A stretch of 64,000 nt of DNA from Camelus dromedarius (Eukaryota). Positions 36,024 through 49,612 of this stretch are shown piece by piece (the first letter of the stretch is position 1; the number at the start of each line of letters is the position of its first letter). The DNA is taken from positions 120,034,001 through 120,098,000 of the forward strand of contig NC_087437.1 in NCBI RefSeq assembly GCF_036321535.1, written 5' to 3'. Both the position numbers and the translations under genes were made by a program. Below the pieces are notes generated by a model, which had not been told where the DNA came from, made no database searches, and worked only from the letters and a program-made list of their open reading frames with translations.

Positions 36024-38768
36024 TTTTTAAGGAAATTCTTTAAAGGTTTAACGCTAAAAATGTGATGAATGACAACTCCCCCCACGAACCCCCAATTGGA
36101 TTGAAGACTAGTGCTGCCATGTTCTAAAAAATCATGCAGTTTTAACTTAGTTCTGTGGTTCAAGCCGGTCTCAGCGGGCTAATTTCTTTGCGAAGCCCAT
36201 GGATTTGAAAGAAGCTTCTGCACCTTAAACGGCCAGTGCGAGGTGTCGGCGACACAGTAAGCGGAGTGTGGCCTGGCGGTGAGCGTACAGCAGCTGAAAC
36301 ACGGCTGCGCGCGTCCCTGACCCTGTGTCGTTTGCTACGTGTGAAAAGAAACGCCTATTTTTACCTTGCTGGAATTATTGGATAAAAAGCTATTTTTATA
36401 AATTCGTTATGAATTGGATTATGACTATGTCGAGGATACAGTTTCTAGGGAGGAAACAGTACATGCGTACTGTCTCAATTTGGAATGCTCTGAGTTGTCC
36501 AAATTTAATGATCCTGCCCAAAGTTAGCTAACACTCCATGGTTCTCTGCTATCCCAGGGTGGTAATTTACACTTACTACTATAAAAGAAACAACTATTTA
36601 ATGAAATTTTGATATCTTCAAATTTTAGTTTATATGTAAATGCTCAGATTGCATTTTACACTGATCTAAACATATATCTAAAGGTATTTGCTAAGTAGGA
36701 CTTAGGGAAGTGAAATGGTAGCTGGTAATCAATTAAAAGCTCTTACCAACATATTTCAGTCTAAGTTAAATTTGACTACAGTTAAGTGGTCAGTACACCA
36801 TGTTAGCTGAGTATCGTTTTAGAATTTTTTTAGCCAGCCATATGTTATGCATAGAACGTTCATTATAAACTGAAACGCCCTCTGTCCCATCGGCTCAGAG
36901 CTGGGCTAGGTACAGACACTCGGCTTCGTGGCGTAATTCCAGATACCTGCTGAGGGGCGGGGACGGGCGGGAGCTCCTGCCGCTGGAGCCACGCCGGCCG
37001 CTGGGCCCGTGTCGGTGTTTTCTCCCCTACGCTGCTGCACCGGGCCTTCCAGAGCCTTCTTGTCTGACTCGATCACATCAGATCTGGAATCATTTTAGGG
37101 CTTCTGATTCCTGGTGACAAGACGAACCAAAAGAATGAACTGGGTTTTGCTTACTTGGATTTTGCTTTGTTTTCTTTGGTTTACTTTCAAGTGGGGCTTT
37201 CAGAGAGAAAACAGGCCACCTGTTTCACGGAGGATGCCTTTACATAACAGCTAATGGGGCCCCCAGAGCTCAGTGCGCCTGCAGCCGGGTCTCCCGCAGG
37301 AAGGGCGTCGGGTCCTGCAGTGCTGCCGTGGTGGCGGTTAGGGACGGCGGCTGCACTGGAGGATAGTTTAAGCTAGGGCAGATTTTTTTTTTTCTGGAAC
37401 TGACTTTTCTCCTCAAAAGTATTAATAATTAAAGTTAGTCATGGAGAATACTTCCTGGATAACTTAGACGGAAGCAAGAACTACAAAGAAATTTCTTTTA
37501 AAATATTTCAGGAGCTTTAAAAGAAAAACTTGATTATTGACTCTTTTGGGGAGAAAATAACATTTTTAAGCAGCTATTACATTCCTTATTTATAAACATT
37601 TTTTGATATTTTAAGTCAAGTCTGCACAAGTATAAAAGATCTTCTTAACTTAAATTCTGTCATCATTGGACTTCTTAAGACTAGGACCCGTGGAAGGTGG
37701 CCAGCCCCTCCCTGCCTCCTTCCCTCCCTCCGCTCTTTAGTTCAGGCAGTGAATGCACTCGCAGAACGTGGACTCACGCAGGTCAGTGTTCCTGCCCCAC
37801 CAGAAATCGTGTCCCCGAGCGTGGACTGTGGGTGAGGGCTGCACAAGCCGAGTCCGTGTGGAGATGGGGCTGCGTCCGGGACCCCTGTTGGCACCCAGTG
37901 CCGTGGCCTGTGTCTCTCCAGCTGAAGTCGGTTTTCTTAAGGCCTAAATTCTTACTATGTTCAGAGGAACAGCAAGAAGATCTTTAGAGAGGGCACCTGT
38001 GGACATAGCCTGAGGGCCCTTCACCTCTGCCCGTGAGTAACTACAGGGATTTTAAACAACCCAGCAGGCAGAGTGCTTTGGTCCTTAAACCGCTGCCCAG
38101 CCAGTTGGTTGGCGGTTTGCGCCTCAGAAGCACCCGTTTCCCAGCGCGCGGACTTGCGAGAGTGTCTGTGAGGTCGCGACCCCACTGAGCTTGCATTGTA
38201 AATGAACAGATTTGATCCTGACTTCGCTCTTGTTAACTTCTTCCCCCGTGAAGGATGCTCATGAGTGCATTTTGAGACCCCAGTGAAACACGTTGTGTGG
38301 TCCCCGGCTCGGTGTCGAGTGGGCCGCAGGCCGGGTGGGCTCCAGCTGACATGCTGACCCGGCGCTCCGTTGTTTGAGTCCAGATGTAAAACAGGTTAAG
38401 AGTTTATCCGGTGTGCAAAGTAAGGTGGGCCGCGTCCCCAGCTGGCTCTCGGGCCACAGGGCCAGGCTGCTGGAAGCTCACGCCTGAGGGCTCCAGGAGT
38501 CCCTCCCCGTGACCCGCCGATGGCCTGATGCTCCCTGGGCGCCGGGCCGGGGAGCACTTTTTCTTTGAGACGAACTCAGACACACCCGGAGGGTGTCAGG
38601 GCCCACCTCTGGCAGTCAGTGAGAGACAACTCCGCGGCCTTGCTTTGTTTAGGTGTGTTTGGTCCATGAACTGACAATCTTTAAATGTGAATACTGTAAC
38701 GATGTTTTCTTGGATTGTTGTCTTTGAAGGGGATTTTTGTGAAGCAACTGATTTATCAAAGCAAAAAA

Positions 38769-38774
38769 ATTAAA
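38769..38774 (+). promoter_or_regulatory. Probable distal PKNOX1 polyadenylation signal ATTAAA
   Basis: ATTAAA followed about 30 nt later by gatgttttgttttct (downstream element); another ATTAAA lies at 36732-36737. Confidence 0.55.
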
Positions 38775-41700
38775 GACAGAAACATGTTTCATGGATGTTT
38801 TGTTTTCTAAAGCTCATGTCACCGCAGCTGCTTGTCTGTTTTAAGAACAACATTCCGATGTTGACATGTTCGCCGGTGACACTCGGGGTTCAGAGTGACC
38901 CCCACACATTCTAGAAATTGGCTGCACTGCACTGGAGCATTCAGAGCCATTTACGTTTTCAAGACTCAAGTTTCTTCAGTTAGTCATTGGTTTTCTAGGA
39001 AAAAAATGGAAAGTTTTTATTTGTTCTTTTTTATTGTAGTTTATTATAAATCTAATTATTTTGCTAGTTAATGAGAAGAAGATGATTCATCGGTAAGGTG
39101 CTGCCTGTCATAGTTCAGGCCGTCAGATGACACGCCAGAGCGGGTCCCGGCGTCCCGGAGACAGAGAGCCCTAACACACAAGTGCACAGTGCGCACTTGG
39201 AGGCCGAAGTCAGTCAGCAGGCTTAAGTGTTTTTAAAAGTGCATCTAAAATCGTGGGCTTTGTGGGAGCCGAGGAGCGGCAGCTGAGAAGTGGTTGCTCC
39301 AACAAAGTGGGGTCGCCAGCCCTCCCTCCAGGCCCTCCAGGTCGGAGCTGGGAGGGTGGGCGTGGGGTTCAGCCAGGAGAGACCAAGGCCAGCCCTCCAC
39401 CCTCCGGCTCCAAGCACTTCATCTGCAAGCGGGAAGCTGTTCGTTGATAAAAGGAAGGAATTGGTTCATGAGGTTTAGTCTAGCTCAGGGTAATATTTGA
39501 CTAATAAAATTCCATCTGGAGAGGGACAAGTAAGTAAGTGATCTAGCAAATCCTGGAAGTGAGAGCTGTGTGTGGAGACATTCAGTGCTGGGTTTTGGGG
39601 TGTCAGGTGGGGGTCCTCAGTAACGTGTACTGTGTTCCTCCCACGTGCTGTGCTGTGTGCGCTCCAGGAAGACGTTCTTGGCACAAGTTACCGTTGCCGT
39701 TTTACAGTTGATCCTCTTGTCTGAAGCCCTAAGATCTCCGCACCATTTTTAAATTAAAATTTGCAAAACTCTGTAGAGCAGTAGCACCTGAGCGCGTGCG
39801 CCCTGACGGAGTGGGTGCTGGTCCGCCCCGTCTCTCTCGGCTCCGCCCTGGCCCGGCTGTAAAGGGCTGCTTGCTGTTGCTCAGTCACTAGCTTGGGGGG
39901 TACTTTGCATGCACGTGGTGCTCAGAGGGCACTGTCCTACACAGATGCTTTCGTTTATTTATATCACTGTTTAAACGAGCCCGAGACTGCAGCCCGTGAA
40001 GGCCAGTAGCGGCCCTGGTGCAGGGGGCGAATCGGGGACCCCTCGTCCCAGCGCATGTGAGGAGGAACGTTTTGACGCAGTTGTTGGCTTCAGCTGCTTG
40101 GACCTTTTTGGAAAATGGTTGGTAGAAAAAATCGGGTATATTTTTTTAAACATTTTGCTTTATGTTAACTCAGGTTTTTTCCGTTATTAACACCATGTCA
40201 ACCCCTGTCAGAAATAAGCTGAAGTCCTTAGCGGTGTGTGCTCTCAGCGCGCAGACCTGAGCGCTCCAGCCAGAGCGTTCTGCTGGAGGGGAGCAGCTGC
40301 TCAGCCTGGGGCCCTGGGGCGGGGTGTCACTAGGAGTTGGGGCGGGGGTTTGGGGGGCCCTGCTCAGAGCAGTCTGGGAGAGGTGGGGCCTCGGGGTGAT
40401 GACCACAAAGCCAGCAGAAGATGACATGGGAGCCCATCTTCGTGACCTCGGGGCGAGGAAGACCTGAGAGCCCGAACGTAAGTCGCAGGACACAGCAGTG
40501 GCGGGTTTGGCCAGGTCGGGAGGACTCCTGTTCCATGAGGGGCAGTGCAGACCGTCAGCCGGCGGCCGTCTGAGGGAAGTGTCTTCCTCTGCTTCTGTTT
40601 TACCTTCACAGCTGACGAGGAGTTCACGTTTAGGATTAAAGGAGAATTCCTGAAAATCAAGAGAAAATGACAGGGTCTTAACAGTCAGTCCACTGAAGGG
40701 GAAACCCCACGGCCAACAAGCACGAGAGGAAGCCCCAGGCCGGAACTGGAGCTCCGTCACCTCGCACAGTGAGGCTGCCCTCCGTCAGGCAGAGGTTGGA
40801 GAGGTGGCGTGAGTGTCACCGGACGCCGCTGTGGTGCTCGCGGGCCCTGAGGAGTGAGGCGTGCTGTGCCCTGCGGCCCTGCGGAGAGCCGTTGGCAGGT
40901 TCCCACGAGGACCCGTGCAGAGGTGGTCCTGGCAGTGCCGTCGTCTGTGGGGGCAGAGTCACAGAGGCACCCTGGGTGTCCGTGCGAGTGGCGTGCGGCC
41001 GCTGGCCGCGGGGATGGTGGCACAAGGACATGCCCGGGTCTGGCTCCTGGCCGCGTGGTTTTCTCTGTGGTGTCTCCCGACGCGGGACGCAGTGCCGGGG
41101 CTGCTTGCGAGCAGTGGGGACCAGAACCAATGGTCCCCCGCAGCCCATGGTGGGGGGGTTGAGTCGTCTTTCGAGCCAAGTCCTGGGCTTCGGGTTTAGG
41201 TCTTGTCGTTTCTGCCATTGCCTCCAGATTCCTCCAGCTTCCAGCAGGCCCTGGGGGGCTATCTGCTTTGTCCCCCGCCCCGGGTGGAGGCAGGGCGCCC
41301 TCCTGCTGTGGCCTCAGTGGCAGGCAGGGCCTGTGTCCCGGGGTGCAGGCGTCAGCTGTGTCCCCCGCTCCTGCCTCTCCCTGTGTCTGGGCGGGGGCCT
41401 GGGGCCTGGCTTAGGGGCTCTCTCCTGGTCCCCGGAAGCAGGAGTCTACACCCAGGGTGGGGGCTTGTTCCTCCCCTGCTGGATTAAGGCTTTTGCTTCA
41501 AATGAGAGAAGGGTCGGGCTGGTGGGCGGGGGTCTCTCCAGTCCTGCTCCCCACGGTGGCCGGGCCCTTAGCGCCTGGGCCACCTCGTCCCGCGTTTGCC
41601 CAGCGGGGGCCGTGCTGCGTCCCCTCCTGCATTGGAGGGGCTCGTCCCTCTCTGGAAGTCAGTCACTTGGTGGCCGAGCAGCCACAGCTCTCTGAGCTGG

Positions 41701-44481
41701 AGGAGAGGTAAGATTTTGTGGATTGTCCACTCCTCCCGGTTAGGGTGTGAGCGGCTTTCCCGCTGCAGCCCACGTGGAAGTGGAGCCACAGAATGACTGA
41801 AAACAGGATTTTAAGACAGGTCTGTTTCTATTTTTTTTTCCCGTACAAACCTATTTCACCATCTCGTTAGGGTAAACGAGGAAGGTACAGAATGTGGTTT
41901 CTCAGGGATTTGCTCCTTTCCAAAGGCACGCAACCCAGGGGCCCGGGGTGGGGGTGTGGTTGATGGGAGTGGGTCCTGAGGATGGCCCGGCTGAGGTGAG
42001 GGGGCCCCGCCCAGACCGGGGGTGCAGTACCCGACAAGCTCTCTGCACTGAAGGGCCAAGAGTGGAACAAAGACGGGAGTCAGGAGGGGAAAGCTGTGTC
42101 TAGAAGTCATTTTGATTCAGGATTTAAGGGGCCTCTCACCTTACCGTGGAGTGACTAAAGCTGTTCCGCCCCAACTTTCATTGGGGAGCGTTTATTCTCT
42201 ACCTCGCCGGGGTCCCCTGGCAGGTCATGTTTTCCCACAAGGGCTGCAGCAGTGTGTCCAGTCCCATTTATTCTGCTAGAACTTCGTCAGGCACGTCCCC
42301 ATCCCTGAAACTGGGAGAGGCTTTTTACCGCCTTGATGTCAGGACTGGATGCAGGGGCCACGGCACCGGGTGACTGAGCTTAAACCAAATGCGATAGCTT
42401 CTGCCTGGCGCTGTACGGAGGCTGCCCTGGGGCCCCCGCTGCCGTGCAGCACGGGCAGAGGTTGTGGCGTCCACTGGCAGCCACAGAGTGGGGCCCAGAC
42501 GAACTGTCCCTCCACTGCCTCTGCTCGAGAAGAGGCGTGTGAGCAGATGGATGTCGTCCCTGCTGACGCCGCCCGGGGGGACTGTCCCCCGCACTCCGCA
42601 GTGCTGTGCGTGGCCTTCGCGTGGCCTCTACTCCTGCACCGTGTCAGGGACCCACGGACCCATGAGAAGACACTGATGAGCCAGGTGGTTCTTGATGCTG
42701 ATTCGGGATCATCACTAACCTACCCCCACTTTGACGTGGGGCCCAAGAAAGGGCATGAAAGGGGCCTGGGTGGGAGTTGCCTATGGCTTCGCAGGGACCT
42801 CGCCGCCCCAGCCAGATGCCTGCGTCGTCCAAGGCACAACTCTGTGGGGCCACCTTCGGCATGAAGGACCAGCAGGGATGTGCAGCCCGCGGCCCCGCCT
42901 TCCAGCCCATTTCACCCCCGACTTAATGTGCTTATTACTCAGCCCCTGCTGCTGGGGCCCCGGCCACCGCTGAGGCTCAGGACGGCCCGCCCTGCAGTGA
43001 TGAAGACGCCTGCCCCGTGCCGGGGAGGAAGAGGTTATTTTGGACTAAATTACAGAAGCCAGATGGAATTAACGAAGAGACAGAATCAGAAACCATGGCG
43101 GTAGACTAGTCCTGTAGTTTAAGCGCTCGACAGATGAATCAATTGCAAAACAAGTGTCCCCAAGATGAAGCCTTTAGGAGCCTGATTTACATAGTGGCCC
43201 ACTGGGAACAGCAACGTCTGTGTCCTGACGACTCAGGTGCTGCTGCGTCTCTGAAGCAGCTCCCACGCGCCCGTCCTTGCTGGACGCCGGCCCAGATGCG
43301 GGTGCCGCCGCCCCCACCCAGCCCGAGGTCCTGACTGCGGGGAGGGGCCGGAGGGCGGGAGAGCCGACGGACAGCATGCAGGACCCTGGCTTCGTCCTCC
43401 TGCCCTGCTGGGAGGGAGCCGGGGGGCCCACAGAATCCCAGTGGGACCCCGGGAGACACTCCTTGGGTGGCGGGGCCTCCGTGGGGACTGCGCCATCACT
43501 TCTGCCAGCAGCAGCGCCCCTGCCTGCGCGGAGCTGGCGGCGGGCCCGCCCGGTCCTCCCGTCCTCAGCCTTCTCGGCCTTGACAGTTGATAGTTTCCAA
43601 GGCTACACGCAGCTTGTCGTCTCCCTTTGACACTGTGAGCCTTCAGCTCCGTCAGTGCATGCTCCACATCCTGCAACCTTCAGTCTTAACAGTGAAAGCA
43701 GCTGACATATGTTATTATTACATGGTACAGGAATTTTAACTTAAATTTTAAGAAATTTGGAGAACTTAAAAAATTTGGAGGAAATCTGCTCACAAGCACA
43801 CTGTCTGCCACCTGCCTGTGGGGCTGGTCTTAAGTCAGCGGGTGGGGTTCCTGCTCCTGGACACCGGGGAGCGTGTCCACTGCCCGGGGAGCCCAGGGGC
43901 CGTGCCAAGCTGTCAGAGCAAGGCTCCCACTCCAAAGCCAGCTTCCCAGACCCCAGTGCAGACCAGGCTGTGCGGCAGGGCCAGCCTTCACACAGAAGCG
44001 GCCCCGTCACACCAGCTGTCTCTCCCAGCGCCCAATGCCGTGCTGTCCCCACTCCCCACCTGGTCTACCTGATGGCCCGGCCCAGCTTTGGTGGAGTTCA
44101 CGTCAGCTGTTTAGTTTGGCGAGGGGAAGCTGCATGTGGCACATGTGTGCCGGCGCTCTGGCAGGTGTCCTCCCTGGCCCGGGAGTCCAGGACCAGGCAC
44201 ACTTGCTTCTCCAGGAGACAGCGCCCCAAGCCGAGAATGATGGCCTTCCTCCACCGAGGGGCCGCCCTTGGACTCAGCTCTGAATGTGATCCCGCTGCTC
44301 ATTCTGGTCCCTCAGCCTGTCCACTGATTGCGAGAGCTGCTCCTGCCCCAGGGCCTTTGCACGAGTTGTGCCTTCAGCTGCCGGGCTCTTGCCCTGCCGT
44401 CCGCCAGGCAGCCCAGTGGGAAATGCAGCCTCAAATGTGGCCCCTCTGCCTCCTGGAGCTCTCCAACCCTTTCCTACTTTT

Positions 44482-44900
44482 CCTTTTTAAAATTGTGGCA
44501 AGCTATACATATAAAATTTACCATCTTAACTATTTTTAGGTGCACAGTTTATCTTCCCAAACAGAAACTCTGTCCCTATTGAACACTCACTCCCCATCGC
44601 TCCCACCATCCTCACTTTCTGTCCCTACGGACCTGGCTCCCCTAGGGCCCTCTGTGAGTGGAACCAGACACTTGTTTGTCCTTCTGTGACCGGCTTATCC
44701 ACTCTCGGCATAATGTTCTCCAGGTTCACCCACGTTGGGGCACATGTCAGAATATCCCCTTCGAGGCTGAGTACTGTCCCACCGTGTGCGCAGACCATGC
44801 TTTTTACCCGGCATCCGTCGCTCTCCAGCTTTGCCCTGGTAGCACTGACCACCAGTGCACTTATTTCTTGTTTGACTCCTCCCACCAGCAGGGAAGCGGC
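44482..44900 (-). mobile_element. Antisense L1M 3' end fragment
   Basis: tttttaaaattgtgg...ataaaatttaccatcttaac..., cagaaactctgtccctatt, cataatgttctccaggttcacccacgttg. Confidence 0.75.
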
Positions 44901-45599
44901 GCTTGTAACTCTGGGCCTGGGATGGTGCCTGATCCGTGGTGGGGGCTCAGTGAGTTTCTGGTGAGTGAATGAATGAGCATCTCAGGTCCCTGCTGTCAAC
45001 CCCAGGGGTCGTCCTGATTTCCCCTCTGGTGTTAGGAGTTGGCTGGCAGAGGCCCTCTCCCTGGGCAGGTGAGATGCCCAGCTGTCCCCACTGCTTCCTC
45101 CCTCTCGATACTGACCCAGTTGGTAGATGGAAAAGACCCGTGCTGTCAGCCCACGTGTCTCTGTGTCCACGGGGAGGCATGTTATCAAGCCGGTTTCTTA
45201 AGGAATGGAGTGCTGCGGACAGCATTTAAGGCCAAGAAGACAAGATGAGGAAGAGCGGTAGGGGCTGGAGGCTTCCCGACACTCCCCAGACCTCCCAGAG
45301 GGCAGCTGGCTCCCTCTCCAGCTGGTCTGGCCTCCGGTCTTAAGCTGCGCCCACGGCACCTGAGTAAAGGTCCCACTGCCCAGCCTCCCTCACAGGTGGG
45401 CCGTGTTCCCAAGCAGGCCAGTGGGCCGGCAGCCTCCTGTGCCCAGAGTGAGAGTGTGGAGCAGAGAGGGTGAGCCCGGCTGAGTCCAGGCTGACCTCTG
45501 CTCACCCTTAGAGGGTCCCCGGCACAGGGCTGTGTCCCAGGTCTGCCTGGAGAAAGGGCAGTGATGGGCTAATTCACTGCTTTTCCAGTTTGCACAAAG

Positions 45600-46060
45600 G
45601 CTCTGTCAGCTTGCCAGGCTGTGTGTCCTCAGGGCTGCATCTGGCCAGGGGTGGGGGGTGGGGGGTGCGGTGGGGTTTGCCTTTTACAGATTCCCCAAGT
45701 ACGCTGTATGCTGACAGTCGGATCAGCCAGTGGGATCCAAATGCAAGTGTGGTGTATGACTTAAGAAGTGTTGACAAAGAGAAGAGGGCACTCTCCATTA
45801 TCCCTTCTTCCTCCCTGCTCACTGGCATGTATACATAATGGCTGGCACTCAAGCAGCTCTCTGGGATCATGAGGTAGAAGCCATGTGTTGAGGATAGAGG
45901 GAGCAGCAAGGTAGAAAGGTCTTGGGTTTCTGCTGGTGATGGGACTGCTGGCCTCTGCCCTGTGATTCAGTGAGAGACATAAACTCCTCTAACCTGAAGG
46001 CAGCCATTGTCATGTGGGGTTTTCTATCATTTGCAGGAGAACTGAATTATAACTGATAGA
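45600..46060 (+). mobile_element. Old MLT1-type LTR fragment
   Basis: gatcatgagg...aagccatgtgttgaggat... and a terminal ttgcag...aactgata motif; boundaries approximate. Confidence 0.45.
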
Positions 46061-46584
46061 GAATCTTGATGCTCATTAGCATATTGAAGGCTCTGAGAAG
46101 CCCTGCAGAAAGGAACATAACTGTTTCACCTGTGCTTGCCAGTCAACCATGGACCGTTTTCGCCCCCCAGCTCTTCACCCCTTAGGGAACAGCGCCTGGG
46201 AGTGACAGCTCCACTCAAATGGAAATGATTCCTCTTGGTACTTATCACATGTCAGTCATACTTTCTGAAGAACTTAGTCTGTGTTCCTGGGATCCCATTG
46301 CTCAGTAATGGGTGGGAGAAGGAGCGAGCCGGCTGTCTCAGGAACAGACCCGGGGCAGTTCCAGGCCCCCAGCAACACTGACGCAAGCCCAGTGCCATCA
46401 GGGCCCCTCGGGGCTCCCACTGCCTCGGTGAGGTTTTCCTTCTCAAGCGGGGGGTGGGGGGGTGGTTATCGTTTACAGCTTTTTATGTGTCTGAAATACT
46501 GCATTAAGCTCAGCAGTGTATTACGCAGAGTGAACGAAGTCCACTGTCAGAGGACAGTTTGATGGTTCCACAATACAAACTCAC

Positions 46585-47000
46585 GTGCGTCTCCTGGGCT
46601 GCGGATACGGGACCACACTTGGGGGGCTTAAAGCAACAGACCTGTTCCCTCACAGCCAGGCAGCCAGGAGTCTGAGGTCACGGCTCGGGGGGCGTGCCCC
46701 CTGGGAAGGCTCTGGGAGGCGCCTTCCCGCCTCCTACATTTCTGGGGATCCAGGCGCCCGTTGGCCAGTCTCGCCCTCCAGTCCCTGGGCCGTGGCTGCC
46801 ACCTCACCTTATCTGTGGGTCTCACATCTCCCTCCGCCTCCCCTGAGATGGACGCTTTTACCGCGTTTGTGAGGGCGTCTTGGCCTCGTCTCAAGAACTT
46901 CACCTCATCTTCAACCTGCAGAGACTTCCAGACAAGGGAACGGTCTCAGGGTCCTGGGGTTAGACCTGATGCCTGGGGGGGCCTGTTACTCCTACCACAG
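46585..47000 (-). mobile_element. MLT1 (MaLR) solo LTR
   Basis: accacacttggggggcttaaagcaacaga...ctcacag...ggagtctgaggtca...gaaggctctggg motifs. Confidence 0.7.
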
Positions 47001-48224
47001 TTCTAGTGAAAAACAGATTTTTTAAAAACTTCTCCGTTCTCAGGCCAATCACCCGATGCGTCACTCCGAGAGGTCGCAGCACGTGTCCCGCCGGCTTCGC
47101 GCAGCCCCAGCCCCTCCCAGACCTGGTTTGGGAGAGAGGCCTCCGCCTGCCCAGTTGTCTCTGGGGGTGCAGTGGCTCTTTGACCAGGGGTCCGGGACGG
47201 CTTCCCGCACAGCCTGGCAGAGCCAGGAGTCCCCGCGGTGCCTCCCATCCACCCCCCACCCGTGGATGGCGGCGTGGCCTGCTTGTGAGCCTCAGCTGCC
47301 CCCCCGGGGGTCCTGACAGAGGAGCGAGGCCTGGGCCGCAACAGGCGGCTTTTCCCGGGGGCCTGCTCCCCGGGAAGCAGGGATGGAGGGAGGCGACCAG
47401 GACAACGGGGCAGCTGTGAGCCCCACAGCCCAGCACAGAGCCCCCAAGGGACCACGGCACGGTCCCTGCTGACAACTCCCCACACAGGCCGGAGCGCCTG
47501 CAGGAGAAAGGACGAGGCCCCAGGCTGCGGCCTCAGTGCGTCCCAAAGCCCTGGGTCCCATCGCAGTCTGCAGCTGCCCAGCCCTGCAGCCCTGGGACCC
47601 CTACTCCGTCGTCCTGGGGGTGCCTGTTGTGATCTCGCCTGGTGGCGTCCTTGTTTTCCTCCTTCGTCTTGGTGGGTGCATCTTCCCACTTCCCCAGACC
47701 ACGGAGGCCCCTGCCTCGGTGGGAATGTCGGCGCCCCCCCCCCACCCCCGGCCCAGGGCTAAGGCAGGTGTGCTTGTGCCCGGGACGTTGGCCGCCTTTC
47801 ATCCTTGCAGATGATTCCAGGCCGCGCTGCCTGGCCTCGCAGCCTCCATGGCTGGACGGAGAGGTCGGAGGCTCTTCCCGTTCCCCAGACTCCCTGTGAG
47901 CTGCGTCTCCCCACCGCGCCTGAGAGCTTTTCTGGATCTTCTGCTCCCCAGTGACCTGACACCTCACGGCCGTGCTCTGCGTCGGGTCCTTCCCCGCCGT
48001 TGCTCTGGGTTCTGGGTGGACCCTTCCAGTCTGCAGACCGGGTCCTCCAGTCGGGGCGGCTTCTTGAGTTACTGCACAGGTGGTTTCCTTCCCTGTCTCT
48101 TCTTTTGTTTCTGGAATTCTTACCAATCCGATATCAGAACCCAAGAAACTCTAAGGATACTGAGCACAAGAAACACGAGGAAAGATCCGTCAAGACACAT
48201 CGTGATTCCCAAGCCACTGAAAAC

Positions 48225-49612
48225 AAGGGAAACCGGAGGACTCACACTTCCCGACGGCAAAACTTACCACAAAGCCACAGCCATCAGAGCGGCGCGGCGC
48301 TGGCACAGGCCAGGCACGCACACCAGCTGAACAGGACCGAGTCCAGAAAGAAACCCGCACGTTTCTGCAGCCAGCTGGCTTCCCACGAGAGCGCCAAGGC
48401 CGTTCAGCGGGGGAAAGAGCGTCTCTTCACCCGACGGACAGCCACATGCAAAAGGATTAGGCTGGGCCCTCGCCTCACACCACGTACCAAAATCGACTGG
48501 AAATGGGTCAGTGAACGAAATGTAAGCGCTAGAATTTTCAGACCCTTAGGAGAACATGGCTTAGCTTTGGCAATGGGTTCTTAGATACGTGCCAAAAGCA
48601 AAACAAAAGGAAAAACAGATAAACTGGACTTCATCACAAACAAAACACTTGTGCACCAAAGGTCAGTGTCAAGAAAGGGAAAAGACACCCCAAGGAATGG
48701 GAGAGAATATTTCCAAATTACGTACCTGATAAAGGTCTGGTGTCCAGAATATTTAAAGGTCTTCTGCAGCCGAACAACAAAAGACAAGCAACCCAACTTA
48801 AAAATGGGCAAAGGACTTGAACAGGCATTTCTCCAAAGAAGATACACAAGTGGCCAAAAAAGCACATGAAAAGATGTTCAACATCATTCATCAGCAGGGA
48901 CATGCAGCTCAGAACCACAGTGAGACACTGCTTTCCACCCACTAGCATGGCTATAAAGAACAAAAACCAGAAAATAAAAGTGTTGGCAAGGACTTGGAGC
49001 AACCAGAACCTTCGTGCACTGCTAGTGGGGATGAAACATGGTGCAGCTGTGGAACAGTTGCTGTGGTTCCTCAAAAACATTAAACAGAATTATCACGTGG
49101 CTCAGCAGTTCCAGCCTGGGGTATATAACCAAAAGCACTGAAAACAGGTGTTCAGACAAATACTTGTGCACAAACGTTCATAGCAGTACTGGTCACAGCA
49201 GCCCGAGAGTGGAAGCAACCCAGATGTCCATCAGCTGGTGGCTGGTGAGCACAACGGGGTCCGTCCAAGCAACGGAGTATTATTCAGCCACAACAAGGAA
49301 GCACTGGTTCCTGCTGCAGCAGGAGTGCACCTCAGAAATACCGTGCTAAGGGAAATACGCCAGACACAAAAGGTCACAGATTGTACGATTCCTTTTATAT
49401 GAACTATCCAAGGCAGGTAAGCCCGTGGGGACAGACAGGGGCAGACGAGCGGCGGCCGGGGGCGAGGAGGGGAGGGGAGTGACTGCTTACTGCGGGGGAT
49501 GTTTTGGAACCCGACAGAGCTGTGCAATAACTGGGAGTGTCATAAATGCTACCAAAGTATACATTTTAAATTGATTATTTTAGGTTATGTGAATGTCATC
49601 TCAATTTAAAAA
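48225..49612 (+). mobile_element. L1M element (ORF2 C-terminus plus 3' UTR), antisense to and abutting the CBS 3' UTR
   Basis: Peptide remnants GGLTLPD.KTYHKAT and MKRCSTSFISRDMQLRTTVR; 3' terminus ttatgtgaatgtcatctcaatttaaaaa. Confidence 0.9.

Larger units (their letters stand above)
11962..38790 (+). other. PKNOX1: PKNOX1 (PREP1) gene body from the first coding exon to the approximate poly(A) site; non-coding exon 1 and promoter lie upstream of the window
   Basis: Ten exons of 51+128+172+171+100+98+129+77+173+212 nt total 1311 nt = 436 aa + TAG, all with GT-AG boundaries. The translation matches PKNOX1 from MMATQTLSIDSYQDGQQ to LVLENSDSLQ. The 3' end is approximate. Confidence 0.96.
35836..38790 (+). 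other. PKNOX1: PKNOX1 3' UTR (end approximate)
   Basis: Follows the stop codon, lacks obvious interspersed repeats, has AU-rich blocks; ATTAAA at 38769-38774 is followed by U/GU-rich sequence. Confidence 0.65.

Noticed and set aside
40769..44539. Intergenic ORFs of 308 aa (40769-41695) and 260 aa (43757-44539) as a hidden gene between PKNOX1 and CBS
   Set aside because: Non-ATG starts, GC-driven composition, no recognisable domain or coherent exon structure
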